A DNA stretch of 64,000 bases from Octopus vulgaris. Taxonomy: Eukaryota. Under the pieces are notes generated by a model, which was given only the letters and a program-made list of their open reading frames with translations, searched no databases and was not told the DNA's origin. This document shows, in pieces, positions 1-13,170 of this stretch. The position numbers were made by a program, and so were the translations under genes. Location: contig OX597821.1 in the NCBI GenBank assembly GCA_951406725.2, positions 81,902,001-81,966,000 on the forward strand, read 5' to 3'. Position 1 is the stretch's first letter. Each line of letters starts with the position of its first letter.

Positions 1-182
1 GACATAACCAAAAGTAAAAAAAACAACCTAGGAATCATAAATAAATATAAGATAAAAATTATCACTACAAGGTACTGTGTAATAAAAATAGAAAACCAAA
101 ATAAAGCCCTGCATGGGTATAAGACATGCAGGGTTTTCACTGCACGATTGAGGGAAAGGAAACATTCAAATATATTACAGAA

Positions 183-368
183 TGATTCTTTCTAATTTTG
201 GCACAAGGCTGGCAATTTTATGGGGAGTGGGGCTAATCAATTTCATTGACTCAAGTATGTGACGGGTACTTTATCTTATCGGCTCTGAAAAGATGAAAGG
301 CAAAGTTGACCTTAGCGGAATTTGAATTGAAGAACATAAAGAGTCAAAAGAAATGAATACTGTAAAAT
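183..368 (-). mobile_element. tRNA-derived SINE family B, degenerate copy
   Basis: Contains GATGAAAGGCAAAGTTGACCTTAGCGGAATTTGAA, the reverse complement of the core of the copy at 42896-43111. Confidence 0.6.
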
Positions 369-390
369 AATGATGATGATGATGATGATG

Positions 391-457
<67 letters not shown>

Positions 458-482
458 TGATGATGATGATAATAATAATAAC
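368..482. repeat. compound (GAT)n/(AAT)n microsatellite
   Basis: Direct reading; it explains the poly-I/Y/M ORFs in the track. Confidence 0.95.
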
Positions 483-1528
483 AATAATTTCTAACAAATG
501 TGCAAGACCACAAATTTTCAGAAGAGAGACGTTGATGATTTTGTCATCCCTAGAACACGACAATTACATTTTTTCTTCTATTTATTTTTGCATTAGAAAC
601 ATGAAAGACAAAGCCAACATCATTGGCATTTGATCTCAGAACACAAAGAGCCTAAACTAAATATTGCAAGGTATTCCAATTAGCAATGCATGAAATATAG
701 TGGTTAAACACTTACTTTGTATTTTCTTTGAGGAGTTTTTTTTTTTGTGTACTTTAAATGAGTGTGTGTTAACAAAATTTTTTTTTTTTTCTGGAAAATG
801 AAAGAATCCTTCACGATTGAGCACACTCACACAAACAAATCTCAAAGGTATTTAATCCATTCTATAAACTCCGATTACGAATCTTTTACTTGTGATGTAC
901 TGTTGCTGCATAAAACGTTGAGATGAAATGTTAAAGAAGTCCAATAACTGTAAATTTGTTCAGTACAAAACCAGAAATAATATTTATAATTGTATCCGTA
1001 TATATCTATATCTATATATATATAGATATATATATGTGTGTATATATATGTAATATATATATATATAAGGTGATACTGGTTTTGCTGGTGTGTTAAGTTC
1101 TATAGTACTCAAATGTTAAAAGCTAAATGCATTTGGAAGTAAGGTGGAATTGTGAAGTATTGTGTTTCTGGAGTGTTATGAAATTATGCAGAGGTCTTGA
1201 GGTCTTTGGAAGCAACTGAACAGGCTGCTTGAACCACATACTTCAGCACAATGACAGAAATATGTGTGTGGATAAATAAGTAGAAAAATAGACAGGTAGA
1301 TAATTAATAGAGGGTGAATGAGGGGAAAAAAGTAGTGTGTACAAAAGAAATAGGGAGGAGTGAAGTAGTAGGAGTAAGAGTGAAGGGTGTGAATTTCAGA
1401 CATAGAAAAGAATAATGTAGAAAGTGTGGAAACTGGGTGGGGCAGAATAACCTAAAGAAATTAAAGAAGAGGGACACAAAGAAAAAGAAAAAGATTGAGT
1501 GAAAAAATCAGTTTAATGACAAAAAAAG

Positions 1529-1563
<35 letters not shown>

Positions 1564-1566
1564 GTG

Positions 1567-1597
<31 letters not shown>

Positions 1598-3964
1598 TAG
1601 GTGGAGAGATGGCCGCGGCTAGTTGACAAACTGAAAGCCTGGTTAGCTTGGCCAATAAAGGGAGGAAAAAAAGCAAACACACAACACAGGTAGTCAAGCA
1701 AGCTACTCTTTCACCTGACCTAATAAACAAACGGTAACACCTGAATCTCTCTCTCTCTTTCTTTCTATTTCCAGGGTTTCTCTTTCTCACTAAGCAGCCA
1801 TGTGTGTGTGTGTGAAATAATTCCTTCCCATTCGCATTGGCAGGAGCAGTGTGTGGGTGAGATGGGGGTGGTATCCTTTAAATCAAGGCAACTACTGCCG
1901 TTTTTTCATGGGTGGTAGACCCTGATTTGATACAGTGGCTGGAGAGTGAGAGTAAAACACTTTTGGAACTGCTTAATGAAGCAGTGTAAGAAAAAGTCAT
2001 AAAGTAATGTTATTAAAATAAAAAAAAGACAACAAAGTAATATTGGTAACAGTGGAAGAGTTAATAAAACGAAAGGGTTTGTGTTTTGGTTTTCAGTATT
2101 TTCCAAGGGCCAATGGATGGATTAACAATAGATGTAGATGTATGTAGATGGTATTTTCTTTTTCAGAATATCCTCTAGGGTGCCAGTAATCAAAGGAGAA
2201 GCCCTATCCTTGATATGAGAACAATATTCCATAGTGTGGAGTATATTAATCTATTGAAGAAGTGAACAGTGGCACAGGATGGACTCAAATTGCTTATAAT
2301 AATGGGAGCCCTGATATGTGCAATGGTAGAAGAGATAGCTCAAAATCAACAGAGCCAATGGAAACTTTTCAAGTGAGAAAGGTTACTATGCATTTGGATT
2401 GAGACTGATTACAGTTCAAAGCCATGATCTGTAAACACCATTAGATTAACCTTTAAGCATTCAGATTATTCTGCCAAATGTAATGCTTATTTTATTCCCA
2501 TTGCTTTGAATTAATCATGCGTTATCTTGTAGCTTGAAGATTTTGATTATGTGATTGCTTATTTTAGAATGACACCGAAAGGTAGGTGTGAGAAGCTGCA
2601 CCTGGTCAGTTTGAACCTGAAACAGAATATTTAGGCCAAATATGGTCAATATCAAGCTACAACTTGCCTCTTAGATATGAACAGGTTTCCTATTTTTAGT
2701 TCCCATATATCTACTGCAACCCATTCGTTTATTGTTGTTGTTTACTCCCAGATCAGCCCTGGTTGAATAGACCAATGATCATAGCCATTCCAGCTGTGAC
2801 CATTTCATTAGAGTTTTTTCTTCAGACATACTACCTCAAACAATATTATCTAATGTGAATTTTCTATTTTTAGATTTCAGATAGAGTTTGCTGTTATTTC
2901 TAGCAGAAGAAATGATAAAGCAGAGACCCTCTCACTGGCTTGCCCTATCCTGTTAATAATATAAGGTGTTGTCTAGTTTCTTGACATCAATAATCTATAA
3001 GGCTGGCTTTTCTTATTGTTATTCATATTAAGCAATGTTATTGACTGTCACAGTCTATGGTTCTTATCTTAAAACGTGATCTTTGTGCAATAAAGCGAGC
3101 ATCAGTAATTATAAGCACACACACACACACGCACGTGCACGTGTGTACAGATACATACCCACACATGCATGTGTCCACATTTAAACATACACACGCGATA
3201 GGTGTGGGCACAACCATAAAATCGTTAATGGTATTTCTGTAAGAAGAACTCGATGGAAAACCAAACACAAAAGTATAAACAAACTCTCTCTTGAAATACT
3301 TCAGAAGTTCTCCATTAAAACAAAAAAGAAAACAAAAAAAATAAACAAAAAACAACAAAAAATCTCAGGAGAAAATTCTAGAGTTATGATTCTCAAAGAG
3401 GAAGTCGGTTATGGGTTTTTTGCTGATTCATTAAATGGTATTTTGTTATGAATGGAATAATTCCATAGAATGACATATTATTACAAACATTTAGCTGAAA
3501 AAAGAAAAGGCAGCAGGTGGGAGGGGGGGGGCATTCATTAGGAATTGTTTCTTGTACAAATCTGACATCACGGAAACGGCAGTTTTTTTGTTTTTAAAAA
3601 TATTTTGAGGATAATTCCTCTGGACACGAAATGTTGATTGACTTCTTTAACCAATCTCTTCAGACTGATCTCCCCCCCCATCTATCCAGCATGATTACGC
3701 CATTCATGGTGTTGCTTTTCAGGCAGTCTTATGATTAGACCAGTCAGGTAAATGGAACTATTGATGATATTGATGATGATGATGATGATGGCAGCAATGA
3801 CGGTGATGATGATGATGATGATGATAGTGGCAGTGATGGTGATGGCGTTGGTGTAGTGGTGGAGGTGCTGATGATGATGACGACGACGATGATGGCGACA
3901 GCGACCACGACAATACTGATGAGTTCACAGCTGCTTTGTTTGGTAATCTAATGATATTGTTCCT

Positions 3965-4108
3965 AGCTCATCCTGCTGTCAGCTCATCTCACTGTCAGCT
4001 CATCTTGATGTCAGCTCATCTCACTGTCAGCTCATCTCACTGTCAGCTCATCTTGCTCTCAGCTCATCTTGCTGTCAGCTCATCTCACTGTCAACTCATC
4101 TTGCTGTT
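3965..4108 (+). repeat. 16-bp minisatellite, 9 units (AGCTCATCTCACTGTC / AGCTCATCTTGCTGTC variants)
   Basis: Nine contiguous 16-bp units counted directly. Confidence 0.9.
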
Positions 4109-4413
4109 AGGCGTAGGTGCCAGATCATCTGAGAATGTTAACTGCAATAACCATGAAGAAATACATCTACCATCTGCCTCCGTGCCATGAAACAAGAACT
4201 TGACATTACTCTGTAAAAATCCTCTTGTGATTTAGGGAGCATAAACAGTCACATTTTTTCTTTCTTTTATCTTTTGATATAATTCTTTAAAATCAAGGAT
4301 AAAGAACAGAAAGCCTGGACAATATGGAAATAAAAGGCTTTATTATTTAAACTATTATTATTTGAACTATTCAAACTATTGTTATTTAAACTATTATTCA
4401 ATAACTATTATTG

Positions 4414-4572
4414 TTATATTTCGGAATGGTCATTTTGCCAGTTTAGCCAATAAAAACACACGCACTATATATTTGGCGTTATTTTGCTTCAGTGTTATTT
4501 ACTTTTTCATTTTTTACATTAATCTTAATCTTATTTCGGCTAAACTGGCAAAATGACCATTCCGAAATATAA
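4414..4572. mobile_element. MITE-like element with perfect 35-bp terminal inverted repeats
   Basis: TTATATTTCGGAATGGTCATTTTGCCAGTTTAGCC (4414-4448) is the exact reverse complement of 4538-4572; AT-rich non-coding spacer. Confidence 0.75.
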
Positions 4573-5282
4573 TAATATCTGTTTCAACACACGACTTCAC
4601 ATAAAAAATCTTGCACAACAAATATTTAAACGTATCAATAACTATTATTATCATTTAAATTACTATTTAAACTATTATTTAAACATTATTATTTAAACTA
4701 TTAGTATTGAATCAAGAATTTTTTCTGCTTTGGAAAACATAAATCTATGCAATTATCTATTAAAATAATGATAGGAGTCACAGAATAAGGAGTCTTATTG
4801 TGACACCTGCTGGAAATTTTCTATGAATGTTAATTTTAATTTTTGGTTTTACATTATTCTTTTGTGGACCCCTCAAATAACACTCCCTGAATTCCAAGCC
4901 CCTTCATATTTGGATAATTTGAAAAATGATGGATATGCTTGATAAAGAAACAAATTATTGGTTTCAAAGTTTGGCTCAAGGCCAGCAATTTTAGAAGAGG
5001 GTCAAATATATAATATCGACCCCTGTGTCAGCTAGGACTTTATTTTATTAACTCTCAAAGAATGAAAGGCAAAGACGACCTCAGTGGAATTTGAACTCAG
5101 AACCAAAACAGCAACAGAAATAATGCTAAGTATTTTGTCCAATCTGCTAATGATTCTGCTAGAAGTGCATGATGGGAATGTAATATCAAACACAGGATAA
5201 GTTTGTAAGAACTGCTACTTCTTTGTGCAAGTGATTCAATACTAAGACAATAAGCTCTGGCATTCTTAACTCTAAACTCTAC

Positions 5283-6365
5283 ATCATCATCATCATCATC
5301 ATCATTTAGCGTCCGTTTTCCATGCTAGCATGGGTTGGACGGTTCTGCTGGGGTCTGTGAAGCCAGAAGGCTTCATCAGGCCCAGTCAAATCTGGCAGTG
5401 TTTCTACGGCTGGATGCCCTTCCTAACGCCAACCACTCCGTGAGTGTAGTGGGTGCTTTTTACGTGCCACCCGCACTGGTGCCAGCCAGAGCTGGCAAAC
5501 GGCCACGAACGGATGGTGTTTTTTATGTGCCACCGGCACGAGGGCCAGGCGAGGCTGGCAACGAACACGAAACGGGGCGGTGCTGGCAACGGTCGCGAAA
5601 CGGAAGGTTCTCTTACATGCCACCGGCACTGGTAACACATCTGCAATTTCCATTGATCGATTTCCATTGATCGATTTCGATTCTGATCCTCACTTGCCTC
5701 AATGGGTCTTCACAAGCAGAGTTTCGACATGCCACCGGCACTGGTAGCACATCCGCAATTTCCATTGATCGATTTCGATTCTGATCCTCACTTGCCTCAA
5801 CACGTCTTCACAAGTAGAGTTTTGTGTCCCAAGAAGGGAAGGTATGCATACGTAGGCTGGCTCCATCCCATGTAGAAGGCCACGGGTTGTGGACTCACTT
5901 GTCCTGCCGGGTCTTCTCGCGCACAGCACACTTCCAGAGGTCTCGGTCTCTAGTCATTTCCTTGGTGAGACCTAAAGTTCGAAGGTCGTGCTTCACCACC
6001 TCGTCCCAGGTTTTCCTGGGTCTGCCTCTTCCACAGGTTCCCTCAACCGCTAGGGTGTGGCACTTTTTCACACAACTATCTTCATCCATTCTCGCCACAT
6101 GACCATACCAGCGCAAACGTCTCTCTTGCACACCACAACTGATGCTTCTTAGGTCCAGCTTTTCTCTCAAGGTACTTACACTCTGCCGAGTGTGAGTACT
6201 GGCATTACACATCCATCGGAGCATACTGGCTTCATTTCTAGCGAGCTTACGCATATCCTCAGCAGTCACGGCCCATGTTTCACTGCCATGTAGCATGGCT
6301 GATTCGTACACACGCATCATACAGTCTGCCTTTCACTCTGTGCGAGAGGCCTTTTGTCACCATCA
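5283..6365 (-). mobile_element. RTE-clade LINE, 5'-truncated: ORF C-terminus, 3' UTR and (GAT)n tail
   Basis: ORF 5895-6320 has typical RTE C-terminal motifs (LHGSETW, EASMLRW, RRLRWYGHVARM, GRGRPRKTW); followed on the minus strand by a UTR with internal repeats and a GAT tail. Confidence 0.9.
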
Positions 6366-7222
6366 ATACGAATACTCATCCATCAATTGATACATCTTAT
6401 TTCAAACTTAGTAGTATTTTACAGCCAGTGATGGAAACAGGTTTTAGGAAAAAGGGCTATTCAAAGCTCCACAAGACTGAGGTTGGGAAAGAAGGAGTTA
6501 GATGCTTTGAGCTCCTTCATCTCGTGAGGCAAACATCACCTCTCTTCATTCCCTATAATTTTCATCACTGCCTGTGCCTACATACACTTTTCACAATTCA
6601 TGGTAGCCATATTTATTCTAATATGAGCCACTGAATAAGGTTTCTGTATTTATTAATATGTTAGAAATAGCAGCTAAATCTCCCTTAAATCATACCCAGA
6701 TGCCTAAAAAAATAAAGATATGTCATAACTCTTAATGGCTCAGTCATAACTAGTCATGAACCAATGAAATTATAAAATACAGTTCAACAGTTTATCTATC
6801 ATACGACAATGGCGCTAAATAACTGCATAAGTGGTTCATTAGCTTACCATAGTGAACTTCTGTTTTCTTTGAGGATCGTTATTTGTGATAATGAAACCCA
6901 TTATTCAGGAGATTCATTTTTCATCTAAGAGCTTTAGCAATCACGCTCTCTGTTTGATAACAATGAAGGAAAGATGATGGTAAGAGAAGAAACTGAATAT
7001 GGCCATTCTTCATTGTATAAGTAATATAATGCAGTGAGAGATCGGAGACCCAATATGAAGACGAAGGTTGGGAGAGAACTGGATGTAGTTATTATATACA
7101 CATCTCCATTACTACAACCATCATCATTTTTATATTCACTTTTCCATGCTTGTATGGTTTGGATGGATCCTCCCCAGCACAGCATTCGTTCACCAAAAAG
7201 TCATTCCTTATGTTCTTTTTGA

Positions 7223-7723
7223 CCCTTTAACATTTAATCTGGCCAAATCTGGCCTAAATATCCTACCTGTTTTATGCTAAAACTGACCAGACCCAATCTC
7301 TCACATCTGCCCTACAAAGTCATTCTAGAAATATACAAACACACCATTGAAATCTTGAAGCTACAAGATACTCTTTTACTCTTTTACTTGTTTCAGTCAT
7401 TTGACTGAGGCCATGCTGGAGCACTGCCTATTTCTAGTAAGATAGTCTGTGATTAATTCAAATCAATGTGAATAAATAAGCATTGCAGTAATCCCTCACC
7501 AAATTGTGGTTCACCTATCGTGCACTCAGTACATCATGGATTTTTCTGGCTAATTTATGTAAATTTATATCACAGACTCCTCAGTATATCGTGAGTTTCT
7601 TTGGCCAATAGGTATTTATATTTTTTAGATTTTAATTATTTCTATGGGAGGTTTTGGAACATAATGTCCGCAATAGTCGAAGGATTACTGTCGATATGAC
7701 AAGGAAATCTGAATGCTAAAGGG
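7223..7723. mobile_element. piggyBac-like MITE hosting nested insertions
   Basis: Ends CCCTTTAACATT...AATGCTAAAGGG flanked by TTGA/TTAA; related partial copies at about 2450-2660 and 32950-33085. Confidence 0.6.
7486..7690. mobile_element. pogo/Tigger-like MITE nested in the piggyBac-like MITE
   Basis: Termini CAGTAATCCCTC...GAAGGATTACTG form an inverted repeat; superfamily inferred from the CAGT terminus. Confidence 0.55.
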
Positions 7724-9487
7724 TTAAGGTTTAGCCTCTTGAGATTAGTCTTCACCACTTTGCCCCTTGTTTTTCTTTGACTTCCTTATCCACATTTCCA
7801 TCTGCTGTGACTGCTCGGCACCTCATTGTACAATGGATATCCACCATATGCATTGCATGCCCATACTAGCATAGTATTCTATCTTACTCACTATATCCAG
7901 TTCCTCTTATATCCAGTTCTTATCTCAGTTCATATGTACTCTTTCATTCATGCACATAAACATAACACATTGGGTGGAGAATGCTCACCTCATTTCTTTC
8001 CAACCTTCACAAATATTCTGCAACGAAGCCTGCACTTTGTAAACAACGAAAATACCAATATACCAATATACATATATTTGTTTTTTGTTAAGACCACCCT
8101 CTTAATATATCAACACACACACACACACACACACACACATTCTCCCCCCCACATACATACGTACAATCATATCTGTCTTTTGTTTTGTTCCAAGTACTCT
8201 CTTAGTATACCAATATACATCTGTCTTTTGTTTAGATTAACAAAAGACAAATATATATTGGTATACTAAGACGGTATTTCTAAACACAGACTTCATCAAC
8301 TAATAAAGATTTGTAACAACTAATAAAGTTATTACTATTGTCACACCAACTTACCTATCTGTCTGTCTGTCCTACCACATATTTATTTATAGTCAACTTT
8401 TTAATATTCTGCGTATTAAATGTATTAAAACTAACTTACCTATCAGTCTGTCAGTCTCATATTATAATTATTTCTACAAAGTCATTCAATGTGCTTTGTA
8501 TTAAATATGTTAATACTAACTTACCATCTGCTTGTCCACTATCTCTCTGCCTCACTACGCATTTATTATAAGTTAGTTTGTTTTGTAATGCTCCAAATAC
8601 TAAATATATTACGACAAAACTATCTGATTGTCTATTTAGGTAGCGAGCTATCTAACTCACCATATAGTTAGCTATTTATTGTTCCATGTATAAAATAGGT
8701 TAACACTAACTTATATAAGTATATCTCTTTCTCATGTGCTTCAATTGAAAATGGATAAAGTATGTCAATAAATAGATGCTGAACCCCTTAAGATAGTGCC
8801 CCAGCATGGCCGTAGTCCAACGACTGAATCAAGTGAAAGATAAAAGGACATACATACACACAGACACACATGTATTTATGTAAAGTAGATACATACAGAC
8901 AGATATACACTCATACATGTATATGGATATATATATATATACACGCAACATCATTATCCTCATCATTTTACGTTCCCTTTTCCAAGTTGGTACGACTAAA
9001 TGAGTCATCACAGTTTTAATTTGGAGTCAGTGTCCCCACTACTACCTGGATGGATCAAGGACAATGCTCAATTCATTCATACAAGGTGGTATCAAAAAGT
9101 TCCCACACTAGCTCTGTAACACGCCAGCAGATGGCAGCACAGTTGTGTGCACAGTGAGAGCTCGCAGTTACCTTCATGAGGCAGTGGAGCCCTTCTGAGT
9201 AGACTTTTCTTATTTCTTGGATACTGCTTGGCAACTGCATGGGTCCACCTGTTGTCTGTTCTGCGAACCCTGTGGAATATCTGTCAGAGTGGAATTGTAC
9301 TTTTGATATTCTGCAATCAACATTTTTAACTCTACCCCATTCTCAAATTGTTTCATTTTTGTACCCTCTCAAAACGATAGCTTAGATATATTTGTCTGTC
9401 TGTCTTTCTGTCTATATAGATTGAATGATAGATTAACAGACAGGCAAACAGATAGATAGATTGATAGATAGATAGATAGATAGATAT

Positions 9488-9520
<33 letters not shown>

Positions 9521-9540
9521 GAGAGAGAAAGAGAGAGAGA

Positions 9541-9572
<32 letters not shown>

Positions 9573-10148
9573 TACAGCTTCAGATTTATGGAGCAATTAG
9601 AAGATAAGATTTCACAATGTTCATGCTATTCTTAGAGGAAAAAGCATTAGCAATGAATTAATTACAAACAGAGATTAAAAACAGTTCATTCTTTGAATTT
9701 TTACAAGGATTTTATTTCAAAGATTTAAGACTCCCACCACTCAATACGATACAATGACATCATTATGAAGGAATATCCTGCATAAAGCATTTCATATTTA
9801 CATTTCCCCAACCCTTCCTTCCTTCCTGCAAAAGAAATAAATGAACCTGGAACATGGTCAAGTTTCTTCAATCACTCTCTCTCAGACTATTTGTGGCATG
9901 TCGCACTGACCGTTCTCTTTACACCCACCACCATCACCACTGCCACCGCCACTCCTGCCACCACCACCACCACCACTACCACCACCACTTCCACCTTCAC
10001 CACCACCGTTACCACCATTGATCTACTAAAAGCGACAAGTTTCAAAGAAACGTCATAGAGTTCACTTATTTCCTCTTTTGCGCTCACCATTTACGGACAT
10101 CTAAAGTGGTCTTGGCATTTATGATATTTCCTATACGTACATATAATA

Positions 10149-10184
<36 letters not shown>

Positions 10185-11026
10185 TATATATACATACATA
10201 TATGTGTGTGTGTGTGTGTATATATCTATAAACATACATATCTTTGTGTGTATATATATATATAAACATACATATATGTGTGTGTGTATATATATAAACA
10301 TACATATCTGTGTGTGTATATATATATATATAAACATACATATCTGTGGGTATATATATATATATATATATACACACATGCCATGCACCTTCATACACAC
10401 ACACACACACACACATGTGCACGCACATACACACACACACACACACACACTCATATATGTAACTACCTACATCCACTCAGTTATTGTCTCTGATGCCAAG
10501 AGTTTTTTCCTTCTGCTGTCCATATCCTACCGAAACTGAGTTCCTTTGGCATTGACAGTCGACAAAGAAGAGTGGTGAAGCTGTTGGTCAACTGCGTGGG
10601 ACACACGTCACCCTTTCCTGGACAGACATAATCACCGTCCCGTAGACAGTTACTTCTTCAAGAAATTGTCAGCATTTCAGTTTAAACACATTATCATCAT
10701 TCTCATCATCACTGGCTGCCACGGCTGCTGCCGCTACCTCTGATGCTTCCACTGCCACCACCTATACTGCCACCGCCACTACCTATACTGCTTTTGCTGC
10801 TGCCTGTGCTGCTGATGCTGCAAGTGTTATCGCCACTGCTGCCACTGCTGCTGCTGTCAGCACGACTGCCATTCCTGCTGCACCTGTTGCTGCCAACATT
10901 GCCACAACCAGCAGCACCACTACCACCAGCAGTAAATGTGTGTATATATGTGTGTGTGTATCTAGTGTACACATATATATGTGTGCTTAAGTGTGTATAT
11001 ACACATATGCAAGTATTTACATATAG

Positions 11027-11084
<58 letters not shown>

Positions 11085-11494
11085 CACATATATATAATAT
11101 ATATATATATATACACACACACTCACACACACATAGTATATGTACATTCATACATACAAATATATGTATACACCACACACCCACACATGTATACACACAT
11201 CCACATACAAGATATAGTGTATCAGGCTTTTCTTTCGCTCCCCTAACTTTCCATTCCTATCGTTTCTCTGGTTGCTCGCACTTTTCTAATAAGACCTCTT
11301 CTCAGTTTCATACTCTTGCTCCTTTTTCATGTCAGCCTTACAAGTGCTTGTCACACTGGCAAAGGTGATACACACATACCTCCCCCACACACACACACAT
11401 ATACACAGACACATACTCTCATGCACATACACACACACACATGTGCAGGTATATATTTGTGTTGGAATTATTATTACTTCTTGCTTAATGACTT

Positions 11495-11985
11495 CCTATG
11501 TCATCTCATCTGAACGGCTCAGCATTCTGAGGTCGTTCTTCAGTACTTCATCCCATGTCTTCCTGGGTCACCCACTTCCACGTGTTCCTTCTTCTTTATA
11601 GAGCTGTCAGCATCCATCCACATCACATGACCAAACCAGCACAGTCTCCTCTTTTGCACACTTCATCTAATTCCCCTTATACCTAATTTCGCTCTCAATA
11701 CACTCTGACAAACATGTACCCTTGATGCATACTAGCCTTGTCCCTCTCTAACCTTTGCATATCCTCTGCATTTAAGGCCCACATGTCACTACCATGTAGA
11801 ATTGCTGATTGTATACATGCATCATTACAATCTGCCTTTCACTCAGAGAGAGAAACTTTACGTAGCCAACAGATTTAGTAGAAGCTCTCTGAATTTCCTC
11901 CATCCTATTCTTATTCTAGTTATCACACTGTCTGTGCATTCTCCCCCACTATTAATATCTCTCCTAGGTAACAGAAATTATCTGC
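11495..11985 (-). mobile_element. degenerate RTE LINE fragment
   Basis: Minus strand reads EGTRGSG*PRKTWDEVLKND and aligns by eye with the RTE ORF at 5895-6320. Confidence 0.7.
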
Positions 11986-12226
11986 TACCCCTAGGGGGTA
12001 GTAGATAAGTGACAGAATCAATTTCCTGAGTCTCTGTAGTTTTTATGGGTCCTGTGCATCTTCCACATAATATATACAGGCATGGCTGTGTGGTAAGAAG
12101 CTTCCTTCCCAACCACATGGTTTCAAGTTCAGTCCCACTGTGTGGTACTTTGGGCAAGTGTCTTCTACAATAGCCTTGGTGTGACCAAAGCCCTGTGAGT
12201 GGATTTGGTAAGAAGCTTGTCATATA

Positions 12227-12566
12227 TCATCATCATCATCATCATCGTTTAGCGTCCGCTTTCCATGCTGGCATGGGTTGGACGGTTCAACTGGGGTCTG
12301 GCAAGCCCGAAGGCTGCACCAGGCCAGTCAGATCTGGCAGTATTTCTACAGCTGGATGCCCTTCCTAACGCCAACCACTCCGAGAGTGTAGTGGGTGATT
12401 TTATGTGCCACCGACACAGGTGCCAGACGAGGCTGGCAGACGGCCACGCTCGGATGGTGTTTTTTATGTGCCACCAACACAGGTGCCAGACGAGGCTTGC
12501 AGACGGCCACGCTCGGATGGTGTTTTTTATGTGCCACCGACACAGGTGCCAGACGAGGCTGGCAGA

Positions 12567-12568
<2 letters not shown>
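12227..12568 (-). mobile_element. RTE 3' tail copy with three 63-bp tandem units (third partial)
   Basis: Same tail as at 5283; GTGCCACC unit anchors at 12405, 12468 and 12531 give a 63-bp period. Confidence 0.85.
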
Positions 12569-12602
<34 letters not shown>

Positions 12603-12748
12603 TCTCTTTTTACTTGTTTCAGTCATTTGACTGCGGCCATGCTGGAGCACCGCCTTTAGTCGAGCAAATCGACCCCAGGACTTATTCTTTGTAAGCCCAG
12701 TACTTATTCTATCGGTCTCTTTTGCCGATATATATATATATATATATA

Positions 12749-13130
12749 TCATCATCATCATCGTTTAACTTCCGTTTTCCATGCTAGCATGGGTTGGATG
12801 GTTCGACTGGGATCTGAGAAGCCGGGAGGCTGCACCAGACTCCAGTCTGATCAGGCAGTGTTTCTACAGCTGGATGCCCTTCCTAACGCCAACCACTCCG
12901 TGACTGTAGTGGGTGTGTTTTACGTGCCACCGGTACAGGGGCCAGAGGAGGCTGGCAAATGGCCATGATCGGTTGGTGCTTTTACGCGTCACTGACATGG
13001 ACGCCAGTCAGGTGGCACTGGCATCTGCCACATTTGGACGGTGCTTTTTACGTGTCACTGGCACAGGTATCTTAACTACAATTTCCATTTGATTTTCATT
13101 TTGATGTTGGTGTTAACGTACTTGACTCAA
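12749..13130 (-). mobile_element. RTE 3' tail copy
   Basis: CATCATCAT...CCATGCTAGCATGGGTTGG...GGATGCCCTTCCTAACGCCAACCACTCC shared with 5283-5480. Confidence 0.85.
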
Positions 13131-13133
13131 TAT

Positions 13134-13170
<37 letters not shown>

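Noticed and set aside
2167-2325. Plus-strand segment between a strong acceptor and a GTAAGA donor
   Set aside because: All three frames contain stops; it could only be a non-coding exon and I have no support for that.
12390-13070. Repeat-spacer pattern resembling a CRISPR array
   Set aside because: The units lie within RTE LINE 3' UTRs, the spacers are related to each other, the context is eukaryotic and there are no cas genes.
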